A stretch of 64,000 nt of DNA from Octopus vulgaris. Its lineage: Eukaryota. This document shows positions 63,845 to 64,000 of this stretch, in pieces. The stretch lies in NCBI GenBank assembly GCA_951406725.2, contig OX597814.1, positions 197,346,001 to 197,410,000 of the forward strand, in the 5' to 3' direction. How positions within the stretch are numbered: position 1 is the stretch's first letter; each line of letters starts with the position of its first letter. A model generated the notes under the pieces. The model ran no database searches, was not told the origin of the DNA, and saw nothing but the letters and a program-made list of their open reading frames with translations. The translations under genes were made by a program, and so were the position numbers.

Positions 63845-64000
63845 AGTGAATCCAAACAAAGAAGAACAAGAAAAAAAAACAATAACTCGAGGACATGGTA
63901 CAAGTACTGTGTTATCAGACGCTCAGGAAAGCAAGGAAAGAGGGTTTAACGTTTCGAGCCTTACTCTTCTTCAGAAATGGAGGAAAGTCCAAAGGAAGGG
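63845..64000 (-). mobile_element. Penelope-like terminal fragment next to (TA)n, cut by the window edge
   Basis: Contains a hammerhead motif; shares motifs with 13765-13922. Confidence 0.55.
63945..63977 (-). ncRNA. Minimal (dimer-type) hammerhead ribozyme motif
   Basis: UUU-CUGAAGA-A-GAG-UAAGG-CUC-GAAACGU-U-AAA. Confidence 0.55.

Overview
Eukaryotic, very AT-rich, repeat-saturated non-coding DNA (intronic or intergenic). The mix of (TA)n/(CA)n/(TAA)n microsatellites and SINE families looks like an octopus/cephalopod genome (inference). No host protein-coding exon could be supported, and nearly all ORFs in the track are artefacts of microsatellites or SINEs. Recognisable content: dozens of tRNA-derived SINEs of at least three families; three CR1-group LINE RT fragments, one with an uninterrupted ~486-aa reading frame; decayed R4/Dong and RTE LINEs; full-length, internally deleted and fold-back mariner elements plus MITEs; and a non-autonomous Helitron. 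The most interesting signals are (i) a complete minimal type I hammerhead ribozyme (23473-23540, minus) inside a 69-bp inverted-repeat element, with related hammerhead motifs in other small (TA)n-embedded, Penelope-like elements; (ii) a Helitron flanked by a 100-bp direct duplication; (iii) a mariner built from two left ends; and (iv) a visible LINE-SINE 3'-tail partnership with modular, nested and tandem SINEs. All calls were made by eye, so boundaries of decayed elements are approximate.
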